64,000 bases of DNA, taken from the NCBI GenBank assembly GCA_046563655.1, contig JAJCTO010000009.1:496001-560000 (forward strand), read 5' to 3'. Positions 10,101 to 20,800 of this stretch are shown here, piece by piece. The translations under genes were made by a program, and so were the position numbers. Numbering within the stretch: position 1 is the stretch's first letter; the number at the start of each line of letters is the position of its first letter. The notes under the pieces were generated by a model. It ran no database searches and was not told where the DNA came from. It saw nothing but the letters and a program-made list of their open reading frames with translations. This DNA comes from Yuukianura sp. NJ FZ-2021 (lineage: Eukaryota).

Positions 10101-11086
10101 AGAACGGTATAGTTTTGCACCACCAACTTTTGGCAATGTCGCTCCGTTTGGGCGCGGTTCTCAAGAAAGTTCATAGAGGGTACAGTTTTGCTCAAGCGCC
10201 AGTTTACGCTGGATATGTGAGACACAACTTGCAAAAACGACTAGAAGCCAAGACAAAAACTGAAAAGGAACTTGCAAAACTAGCCAACGTATCTCTAAGT
10301 GGCAAATTTCTTAGTGACACTGGAGCATACAGCAGATCACAACTCTGTAAAACTGCAAGTGGTGCCAAAAGACTGTTGGCATCTGACGTTTTTGAAAATT
10401 TTGAAATTATAAACCAAGATGTCACGTTATTTCAATTGAAAAAAAAAGCAGTCAAGGGGAAAAATTTAAAACTAATTGGATTATGCATCTACAACATTTC
10501 CAAGGCAGTGTTGTATTCTTATGTTTACGATCACATTTACCCAGCATTCAACTACAAAATGGAAATGATAATGTGCAATACGGATTCATTTTTTGGCGAA
10601 TATCAAGATGACGATTGCACATTTTTGAAAAAGTTGAAATCCTTGGCGCCAATTTTTGACTTTTCGGACCAAGAAGGGGAACTTTTTGACGACAGGAACA
10701 AAGGAAGGCCCGGTGTTTTCAAAATATGCAACTTGAACGTTCAAGAGGCGTATTTCATTTCTCCAACACAATACAGCCTTCAACTTTTTCCAGAAAGAGA
10801 TGGATTTAATTGGACTGAAAAGCTTAAAGTAGGGGGGCTGGATCGACAATTTGCCGCTACTAATCTAAGGCACCAACAGTTCAAGGATCATGTGGAGAGG
10901 GAGGAGTTGGAGCAAGACATTGTTTCTGTCGAAAGCCTACGGTTCACCGGAGAGACAATTAACAATATAAAAATTAATCGAAAATCCATCGGAGCATGGG
11001 ACTTGAAGAGGTTCTTTGTTTCTAATCGAGAATCCTATGCTTTTGGACATTTTCGACAAATCAAGAACAATGTACACCCCAATTAA
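7188..11086 (+). pseudogene. polB: Polinton-type protein-primed family B DNA polymerase (~1260 aa reconstructed) with 2 introns, 1 frameshift and 1 premature stop
   Basis: Introns are 7254-7307 and 8858-8915 (GT-AG, in frame). N-terminal Zn fingers precede the Polinton hallmark FLQRGSDW..YKPLPGRGYIPLPKEL..VNIKTSNCF. An endonuclease-VII-like segment reads CEIC..KVAHHNH..HNL. Pol motifs are DVTGSYP, KLANVSLSGK and CNTDS, with C-terminal DLKR..AFGHF. Lesions are an extra A in the A9 run at 8511-8519 and an in-frame TAG at 9596-9598. Confidence 0.9.
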
Positions 11087-11220
11087 CAGAAACTCCAGGA
11101 CACCTGGCAGCGTCCTGGAATTAACAAAACCAACCGAGACTGACGCCAAGGTCTTATTTGCATTCTAGTCAAGTCCAGGCAAAGTTCAACGTCAAACACC
11201 CAACCAAGTCAATACTTGCA

Positions 11221-11746
11221 ATGGAGGTCATTTTGTGCAAAGTAAAGGAAGATTTTGAGAGCGGCCATGTTAAAGAAATCATGGCGGCTAGCATGGTGGA
11301 GAAGAGAGCCAGGATAACCACAAAACATGAAGAACACACCGAAGCCTATTCCATTTCGGAATGCTTTCTAAAGCTTCTCGAAGAAAATGGACAAAAGGGA
11401 TTGGAAAATCAAATTCTAGGAGCCAAAGTTATTTTGTGTATTGACGCACAAACAAAGTCCATTTTGAAATTAGCAAAATTTGAAAATGAAAAGAAGCTTC
11501 AACTTTTGCGAACTTTGATGGTGACCCCGAGCGCCTGCGTTGACCCAAACTTGAACCGATATCAGTTTGGATTAATACTAAAAGAGGCAAGAAACTCGAT
11601 TTGGAAAAACCAAGTGTGGACACGGCTTCTCGGCAAACGAATTAAAGGTAATTTATTTCCATTTAAAACTAGTGTCATCACAATATGGTACGCTACAATG
11701 CTCTTGACTATTTCCATTACAAAATATTTTTGTAGATTCTAAATGA
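11221..11746 (+). CDS. Hypothetical protein (~145 aa), possibly with a terminal intron at 11648-11735
   Basis: ATG 11221 in ORF 11158..11742. A donor AAAG/gtaatt and acceptor ttttgtag give the ending ..KRIKDSK*. Confidence 0.5.
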
Positions 11747-11853
11747 TAGGGCAAAAACTCTCCAGAATCCGAATTTACAGACAGCTTAACACTAGCTCCC
11801 TCGTAATAACCCCTACCAACTAAAACTTTGTAAAAGGTATCAAATTCTTGAAA

Positions 11854-12429
11854 CTAAACATTAATATTAGTCAACTCTAGTTGACAACGCAAATTTTTTA
11901 CAATGATTGCTTTGGTCAAAATTTCGTCTTTAATACGATCTAAAAGTTCAGATTCGCTAATTGCCAAAACTGTACATAACCTATTTTGCCACTTGAACTG
12001 TGGAACGTCATACTTGATGAGGTCTTGCGCAGTTTTCCCAATTAAAGCGGATTCGGGCTAAAAAAAATTCAATGTTTTCAACTTTGGAATTTTAACAATG
12101 TAGTGTTTCAACTTACGCAACAATGCCGTTTACGGAAAACTTTGTATTTTTCCCTTGGGGTTTTAATTAACCCGGGCGGTATATACGCAATAGAGATTCT
12201 CGGGACGTATTTTGGTAATATTGTTCTAGTATTTTTCGGGACCGGAAGTGGTAGGACACCCATTTCATAATTATCGGCTGAAGCGTCCCAGTCTTCATCG
12301 ATCTATTTTTAAATTTAGTTTTGCGTAAAAATTTTTAATACTTTTTGAAAATTTTTGCGGATCTTTTACCTGTTTGGCTACTTTTGAACGAGTGAATTTA
12401 CTAGGACCATCATTCCATTCAGCAGCAGC
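11854..12429 (-). CDS. Spliced hypothetical gene (at least 3 exons; 5' end unresolved), absent from the ORF track
   Basis: Exons 12429-12370, 12302-12117 and 12057-11854 are joined by phase-0 GT-AG introns and stay open: AAAEWNDGPS..KQ/IDEDWDAS..RKRHCC/PESALIGK..ELTNINV*. Confidence 0.5.
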
Positions 12430-12522
12430 CTAAAACAAATTAAACTACCCATTATACTTGAACTCATTTTACTTTATTTTGTAGCGACACCAGTACCGCG
12501 ATACGGAAAAAATTTCCAAGCT

Positions 12523-12852
12523 ATGTCAAATCGGCCGGCGGAACCTAACCTTTCTTCTGATTCGGAAACCGACAGTGAGCCAGAAAGTGAAAATAAGGAG
12601 AATGACATTGAGCAAGGACGAGCCAACTTGACCTTTCCCCAATACAGCCCAATATCATCGTGCGGAAGTCCGGAAGTGCTGAACCCAGTTTCAAGTCCGC
12701 TAAAATCCCTCAACAACATCTCCATTATCCCACTACCCCCATGCTATTCGGAGGAAATGTATTGTCCTGAATACCCAGAAATGTACTTAGGATCTTTCAT
12801 GGGACACTGCTACACTGACAAGGCTCCCAATAGTTTTTACAATAGCTTTTAA
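12523..12852 (+). CDS. Ser/Glu/Pro-rich low-complexity hypothetical protein
   Basis: 109-aa ATG ORF with acidic SSDSETDSEPESE. An AATAAA lies near 13015. Confidence 0.45.
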   Translation: MSNRPAEPNLSSDSETDSEPESENKENDIEQGRANLTFPQYSPISSCGSPEVLNPVSSPLKSLNNISIIPLPPCYSEEMYCPEYPEMYLGSFMGHCYTDKAPNSFYNSF

Positions 12853-13231
12853 GTTTTGTGCCATTTAACTAATTTTGTGACTAGTTTTAAATTGTTTTTC
12901 ATTCATTTTAAAATGTTAAAGTTTGAAAAGTTTTAAACTCATTTTTCATCACTTGCTAGTCATAACAAGTCAATTTTCCTTTCCCCCTTGTATCTCTAGT
13001 ATTAGATTTCATTGAATAAATACACACATTTGTACAGCAAAACTGCTGACGTTTGAAAAACAAAATCATTTTGGCGAAAAGAAACGTGAGAAGGAAGCAA
13101 TTTCAAAGGGCCAGTATTTTATGGCCATTTTCATTATTTTAAAGATAGTCAACTAGGAGCTTTGTTAAATTTCAGTCCATTTTCAAAATAGCTTTTGAGT
13201 GTGGCGGGCAGTTCTTAAAATCAGTCTAACA

Positions 13232-13832
13232 ATGGGTAAGTTGAAAAATCATCTCTCAATTCTCTCAAATTTCATAGCCTATAGAGTTAAAAATTTATAA
13301 TTTAGAGTGCCAAAAAATACAAAATTGCGTGGACTGTGTGAAAACGGCCTGTTCTTGGTGGGTAAATGTCGGAGGTCAGCAGGGCTGTACCTCCGACATT
13401 GACAGTATTCCCAACATCGAGTTCCTTGTATCGGAAGGCGACCCAGGGGATTGTCCTTCGCCAGACCCCGCAGCTGGGGGGGATGTGGAAGTCGCTGCCC
13501 TGGCTACTACCACGGGAATTCTTTCATGTAAGAAGACACGTTTGAACTTTAGGCTTACTCGGGCTGATTAGGTTAGGCTTAACATAACCTTACTAATATT
13601 AAGTTAAATACTAAGATAAACACTACGTTTCAATTATTTTATTCCAGTTGCATTTCTGGTTGCGATTTTGTTGGCAATCATTACATGGTGGAAACGGCGC
13701 AGAGGAACTGCAGAAGGAAACACGGCGGAGCCAGCAGTTAGAGCAATCAGACGGCGCATGCGTGGGGCACGAAACGATCTAGAGTTGCAACCAATTAACC
13801 TTGACGGCGCCATTGATGACAGCATGCTCTAG
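13232..13832 (+). CDS. 3-exon single-pass membrane protein with PSI-like Cys ectodomain (~136 aa)
   Basis: Exons are 13232-13235, 13306-13527 and 13648-13832, giving MECQKIQNCVDCVKTACSWW..GC..DCP..GILSFAFLVAILLAIITWWKRRR. Splice sites are canonical (gtaagt/tttag and gtaaga/tccag), and TCAGT lies just upstream of the ATG. Confidence 0.72.
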
Positions 13833-13905
13833 GCTTTGCAAAATTCATCTAAAGTTGAGATTTTATTACAACTTTGATTAAATAATACTCTTTGCATTTG
13901 AACAC

Positions 13906-16299
13906 TTAAAATCTTTTGAATCTTTTTCGAAGCTCTTCTTCACGCCGTTCAGCCTCCCTCTCGACCTGCCTGCTGCGCTCACGGCTCAAGCGCAGCATAA
14001 ACTCGGCACATTCAACGGAAACCCGCTCAGAATCTTCAGAATCTTCAGACTCTGAAGATTCTGAATCTGACATTACCCTACCTTTGACAATTCGAGGACC
14101 GGAAGGAGGAATGGCTGTTTTTTCAGTTTTTTTTAAAATTCTGGTTGGCTCAAGTGCCAACCGACGTTGTGCAGAAATGGATTGCACAACTTTTTCAATA
14201 TCCTTTTGCGCCAAAATTTCCTCCAGCCTGTCCTCCCTATCCTTCCCACTTAATTGCTCAAGCGTTTTTATCCATTGCCACAGCAATGGAGATTCGGCCT
14301 GTTGTTCGCTAAAAGTGCCTTTAGGTACTTTGCTTTTAGGTAATACGGGAGGCGGAGCGGCTGAAGTATTACTACACATTTGCATAGGCACATTATCACA
14401 CGCTAAACTATTACATGATTCTTGTGCATCGTTACATAATTGCATCTCGGGTGGTTGATGCTTCTCGTAACGATGCATTTTTAAATTTTTAATTTTCGCG
14501 TCTTCCAGTTTTTTCATTTCCATATCTTCAAATTCCATGACGATGGAGGAAGCAACATTTGGATGCTGTTTTCTAAACTCTGACACCTGCCAGGACAGAA
14601 TCCTATCAAGCTTCTTTAAGTCTCGCCTAGCAGCTTTCAAGTGAGGCGTCGGATTAAAGGTTTTGTCAGCCTAAAATAACAATTATTTAAAAAAAAACTA
14701 ACCTACCCTAACATAAAATTTGTCTAAGAATACTTGTCAAGTACCTGACTCTTTTCCCAGATTTTTTGTTTGCGTAATGCAATGTTATATAGCATTTCGC
14801 CTTGGCGAAATTCAGAATGCGTCGGTTTTGGCTGTTCTCCTTTTTTGCCTTTTTTCTAAAAAAAAATAAATTTTGAAATTTTGAAAATTTGGAAGTAGGG
14901 GAATCTTTACGCACTATACTCAAAATTAACTTAACTTAACTTAAGTATCTAACTTGAAATTAAAACTAAAGCAACAACTAATTTTTCAATTTCATTTTGA
15001 AAAAAAAAGCTTCACAAAAAAACTTTTGTGTCTATATTTGGAAACACTTGGTCCAGGCGTTTGGTACAAAACTGACCTCTGACCTTTCCAGTGTTAATGG
15101 CTTTCGACTTTCTACATTCACTTTTATGGCACTTTTATGTACATGTTTGTTTTACTTTAAGTGTCTGGTGACTAAGCATTATTGGTTCTAGTGCAGCTCT
15201 TTCGCAAAAAAAAATACATTCCGAACAGTATATGTTAATTGTAGTTTTTTTAAATCTAACTTTAGAATCGGGTTCAGCACACTCGAATTAGTCTAGGAAA
15301 TGAAGTTTATGCAAATCAAAGCGAAAAAAAAATTTCGATTTTTTTTTTTCAAAATTTTGAGAATTGAAAGCAGTCGAAAGTTGGGACTCCGCGGCTAAAT
15401 TCTTTCATTTTACGGTGACTAAATTTTGCAAACTTGAAAATCGCAACAACCTTTCAGCTATAAACTAACCTAACTCATAAAGTCCATTTGAATTAATCTG
15501 AATATGGGAGTGAATTTTAGGTCATTTAAGTTTAATACAGTAAAGCCTCCCATTTTGCAACATGCTCTTGTTAGTGGAAAATTTTTACGGCAACTTTAAA
15601 CCTTGATTTCTTAAGCAAAATTTAAACGTTCTTGCAAAAATTTCGAATTTGAGGTTATTTAAGTTTAATACAGTAAACCCTCTCGTTTTGCAATATACTC
15701 TTGTTAGCGGAAATTCTTTACGGCAACATTAAAGCTTGATCTCTTAACAAAACCTACAGCTCTTGCAAAAATTATAGTTTTACGGTATCTCAGGAAGAGA
15801 GGGAGAAAAAAAGTTGCACAATGAGAGGTTTTACTGTAGGCATATGAGCCAGTGTTACATGCATGCGCAGTAATTGACCTGAGATGAAACGTTTTCAGAA
15901 CGTTGGAAACAAAGTTAAAGTTCTGCTCTATGCCAAGGAGAGGCAAACGTAAAAGTTGCGCAATGAGAGGTTCTACTGTAGAGCAACTAAAACTTTCGCC
16001 ATTAAAAGTTGTACTAAACTTAACCTACACCCCCCCCCCCCCCCCGTTCCCATTTTAATTGAAAACTATGCGGCCGAGATCAATTACCTACGAGAGGCAA
16101 GATGCTCAAGCCCATCCAAACACATTTAACATTTTCACAAACTTAACCTACCCCCCTCCCGCCCCCGCCACAGACATTTCCCTTTAGTGTAGACAGAAAA
16201 AAATTTGTTTTTAATTTAACCATAAATTAAAAAAAATTTGCGAATTACCTTTCCACGCTTCCGGCGGCGCTTACCGGCTCCTGGAGCGCAAGAATCCAT
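13906..16299 (-). CDS. 3-exon charged/coiled-coil protein with basic NLS-like N-terminus (~300 aa)
   Basis: Exons 16299-16249 (MDSCAPGAGKRRRKRGK), 14855-14745 and 14670-13906 join at phase-0 GT-AG junctions in frame with ORF 13906..14640. The first-exon assignment is less certain. Confidence 0.55.
15536..15980. mobile_element. Tc1/mariner-pogo-type MITE relic with duplicated ends
   Basis: Left ends TA-CAGTAAA(G/C)CCTC lie at 15536 and 15669 within a ~133-bp direct duplication. Right ends GAGAGGTT(T/C)TACTG-TA finish at 15838 and 15980. Confidence 0.55.
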
Positions 16300-16589
16300 T
16301 TTTAAAACTTTCACTTTTTTCGTCTTTCCAACGCTTGAAATGACGTTGTAGGAACCACAAAATCACTTGAATGCTTCTGCACTTTCACCGTCTTAAACTC
16401 TCACAAGTTGCGTTGGTTTCGTTGGACTCAAAAACTGAAATGGCATTTAAACTGACAAAGTAAAATTGCAAACCTCTTGGTTCAACGTCAATTTTTAAAA
16501 TGAATTTCAAAATTTTTTGAACATACTGACCTTGTTTGAAGCTATAAACGAAACATGACCTCTTCCCGTTCATTTTCTAGGAGACCATA

Positions 16590-17316
16590 GATCGACTCCC
16601 CTCCGAACCGGATCAGAACCATGCATCGGTAACCAATAAGCATACATACCGATTTGTTGCATTCCGCAAGCATGGATCGGCTACCCTCCGGATCGGATCA
16701 GAATCGTGCAGCCAATCGGTAGCCAAACTTTAGAATGTTCAAATTAGATCCCAAATTTAATTCGAAGTGCACCGATCCGGGTAGCGACTCCTTAAATTTT
16801 TTGATTGGTACCGATTCGAAATAAGCATGCATGGAACGCAATGCCAATTTGTTGCATTCCCTGAACGGATCGGCAGTGTACTATTGCAGAGTACTTTAAA
16901 CCCGCTCACGTTCCCCGATCCCATTCTATCCCCGATCCAATTCTTTATTATCTGGGACTACGTTTTCCGCTCGCAGCTGGCAAGAATCGGGAGCGGCGAA
17001 TTGATAATTGCAGGCGAGGGTCACTAATGCTAAATAAAAGTTAACGTGGCTTAGGATAATTTTTGTTTCGGCTACGTTGCATCGGTATTGAATTCACAGG
17101 TTTTCATTAATTAGGCTTATTACCGAATGCAATTATTAATAAAGTTATGCTGCCGATCCGGTCAATTGGTCAATTTAAGTGCGTACACTTTCCTAAATCC
17201 GGTTTGCCTTTTTTTTACCACGAATCGGCTCCGGATCATTTGTGATTGGAGACCGGTTCGATCCAAATTTACTAAATGTAAAAGCATATTTCGGATTGGG
17301 CCGATCCGGTAGGGTA
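16590..17316. repeat. CCGATC/GATCGG motif-rich region, possible MITE
   Basis: Many short inverted and direct CCGATCCG-like motifs. TACCCTCCGGATCGG (16682) and CCGATCCGGTAGGGTA (17301-17316) form a near-perfect inverted pair. Confidence 0.4.
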
Positions 17317-17875
17317 CGCAACTATGGTTGGCATTCGGGCCTCATAATTTGTACTTTTTTTTGTTCTTAAGAGAAACCATTGTCAACTCCTCTCTCATGC
17401 ATCCCTTCTCTCCTATTTCATCTTTTAAACTTTGAACCCACTGTGTTTTACAATCTTAAATTACTACTTTGAACAATACCAGTTTACATTTTCTTTTCAA
17501 ACCATGAGAATATTACAGACTTCAGCAGCTCCTTAAAATTTTTCAACAACGCTATTCAATTGAGTGATGAATGAATAACTAATTCAATGAAACGGACAAT
17601 TTCCCACGTTCCCTTTTTTTTTCATAAATTTGGTTTGCTTTTATTCAACTTTTTAATTATTAATCTTATTTAATTAATTAGTTTAATTTAAACCTTTTGT
17701 TTTACTAAATATATTTATTAACCAATTGTGTGGAGTAAAATGGGGGAGGCGAGTTTTTTGATTCCTTTTTATTAAATCATTCCACAGCCTTGTTTGGGAG
17801 GGGGGGGGATGAAAAAAAAAGGGGGGGGGGGTGCCATTTTGAAAAAGTGGAAATTCCCTTCAAGATGACTTAGCT

Positions 17876-20800
17876 CAGATATTTTGGAAGCAATCTTGTA
17901 CTAGAGAACGGTTTGATCAACAAAATGTGTAATGTCTCCTCATTTTCGAAAATTTGTTGAATTAGAAACGGGGTTATGAACTGCTCGGCACTATTTTCTG
18001 TTATCGTCAAAGGAAGATTATCGGTACAACGTATTTTACCACAGAGAAATCCCCGCTGCTACAAGTGGCAGCTCTGACTGACATACAAACTTATAGAAGC
18101 CACCATAGCCTCCATGAGAAGGAGCAAACAGATATTTTGGAAGCAATCTTGTACTAGAGAACGGTGTGATCAACAAAATGTGTAATTTCCACTCATTTTC
18201 GAAAATTTGTTGAATTAGAAACGGGGTTATGAACTGCTCGGCACTATTTTCTGTTATCTTCAAAGGAAGATTATCGGTACAACGTATTTTACCACAGAGA
18301 AATCCACGCTGCTACAAGTGGCAGCTCTGACTGACATGCAAACTTATAGTAGCCACCATAGCCTCCATGAGAAGGAGCAAACAGATATTTTGAAAGCATT
18401 CTTGTACAAGAGAACGGTGTGATCAACAAAATGTGTAATTTCCACTCATTTTCGAAAATTTGTTGAATTATAAACGGGGTTATGAACTGCTCGGCACTAT
18501 TTTCTGTTATCGTCAAAGGAAGATTATCGGTACAACGTATTTTACCACAGAGAAACCCCGCTGCTACAAGTGGCAGCTCTGACTGACATACAAACTTATA
18601 GAAGTCACCATAGCCTCCATGAGAAGGAGCAAACAGATATTTTGGAAGCAATCTTGTACTAGAGAACGGTTTGATCAACAAAATGTGTAATGTCTACTCA
18701 TTTTCGAAAATTTGTTGAATTAGAAACGGGGTTATGAACTGCTCGGCACTATTTTCTGTTATCGTCAAAGGAAGATTATCGGTACAACGTATTTTACCAC
18801 AGAGAAATCCCCGCTGCTACAAGTGGCAGCTCTGACTGACATACAAACTTATAGAAGCCACCATAGCCTCCATGAGAAGGAGCAAACAGATATTTTGGAA
18901 GCAATCTTGTACTAGAGAACGGTGTGATCAACAAAATGTGTAATTTCCACTCATTTTCGAAAATTTGTTGAATTAGAAACGGGGTTATGAACTGCTCGGC
19001 ACTATTTTCTGTTATCGTCAAAGGAAGATTATCGGTACAACGTATTTTACCACAGAGAAATCCCCGCTGCTACAAGTGGCAGCTCTGACTGACATACAAA
19101 CTTATAGTAGCCACCATAGCCTCCATGAGAAGGAGCAAACAGATATTTTGGAAGCAATCTTGTACTAGAGAACGGTGTGATCAACAAAATGTGTAATTTC
19201 CACTCATTTTCGAAAATTTGTTGAATTATAAACGGGGTTATGAACTGCTCGGCACTATTTTCTATTATCGTCAAAGGAAGATTATCGGTACAACGTATTT
19301 TACCACAGAGAAATCCCCGCTGCTACAAGTGGCAGCTATGACTGACATGCAAACTTATAGTAGCCACCATAGCCTCCATGAGAAGGAGCAAACAGATATT
19401 TTGGAAGCAATCTTGTACTAGAGAACGGTGTGATCAACAAAATGTGTAATTTCCACTCATTTTCGAAAATTTGTTGAATTATAAACGGGGTTATGAACTG
19501 CTCGGCACTATTTTCTGTTATCGTCAAAGGAAGATTAACGGTACAACGTATTTTACCACAGAGAAACCCCGCTGCTACAAGTGGCAGCTCTGACTGACAT
19601 ACAAACTTATAGAAGTCACCATAGCCTCCATGAGAAGGAGCAAACAGATATTTTGGAAGCAATCTTGTACTAGAGAACGGTTTGATCAACAAAATGTGTA
19701 ATGTCTACTCATTTTCGAAAATTTGTTGAATTAGAAACGGGGTTATGAACTGCTCGGCACTATTTTCTGTTATCGTCAAAGGAAGATTATCGGTACAACG
19801 TATTTTACCACAGAGAAATCCCCGCTGCTACAAGTGGCAGCTCTGACTGACATACAAACTTATAGAAGCCACCATAGCCTCCATGAGAAGGAGCAAACAG
19901 ATATTTTGGAAGCAATCTTGTACTAGAGAACGGTGTGATCAACAAAATGTGTAATTTCCACTCATTTTCGAAAATTTGTTGAATTATAAACGGGGTTATG
20001 AACTGCTCGGCACTATTTTCTATTATCGTCAAAGGAAGATTATCGGTACAACGTATTTTACCACAGAGAAATCCCCGCTGCTACAAGTGGCAGCTCTGAC
20101 TGACATGCAAACTTATAGTAGCCACCATAGCCTCCGTGAGAAGGAGCAAACAGATATTTTGAAAGCATTCTTGTACAAGAGAACGGTGTGATCAACAAAA
20201 TGTGTAATTTCCACTCATTTTCGAAAATTTGTTGAATTATAAACGGGGTTATGAACTGCTCGGCACTATTTTCTGTTATCGTCAAAGGAAGATTATCGGT
20301 ACAACGTATTTTACCACAGAGAAACCCCGCTGCTACAAGTGGCAGCTCTGACTGACATACAAACTTATAGTAGCCAACATTGCCTCCATGAGAAGGAGCA
20401 AACAGATATTTTGAAAGCATTCTTGTACAAGAGAACGGTGTGATCAACAAAATGTGTAATTTCCACTCATTTTCGAAAATTTGTTGAATTATAAACGGGG
20501 TTATGAACTGCTCGGCACTATTTTCTATTATCGTCAAAGGAAGATTATCGGTACAACGTATTTACCACAGAGAAATCCCCGCTGCTACAAGTGGCAGCTC
20601 TGACTGACATGCAAACTTATAGTAGCCACCATAGCATCCATGAGAAGGAGCAAACAGATATTTTGAAAGCATTCTTGTACAAGAGAACGGTGTGATCAAC
20701 AAAATGTGTAATTTCCACTCATTTTCGAAAATTTGTTGAATTATAAACGGGGTTATGAACTGCTCGGCACTATTTTCTGTTATCGTCAAAGGAAGATTAA

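Larger units (their letters stand above)
1..17875. mobile_element. Divergent, intron-containing Polinton/Maverick-like endogenous DNA virus, right part; left end lies outside the window
   Basis: Tightly packed small genes on both strands surround a Polinton-type pPolB (7188-11086) and a PIF1 helicase. The block ends in G-run-rich DNA and ...GACTTAGCT, which directly abuts a satellite mid-monomer. No capsid or integrase is seen, and the boundaries are inferred. Confidence 0.65.

Noticed and set aside
13916..14458. Ser-rich plus-strand ORF and other antisense ORFs (for example 2728..2964, 4674..5015, 9943..10425)
   Set aside because: They are shadows of better-supported genes on the opposite strand.
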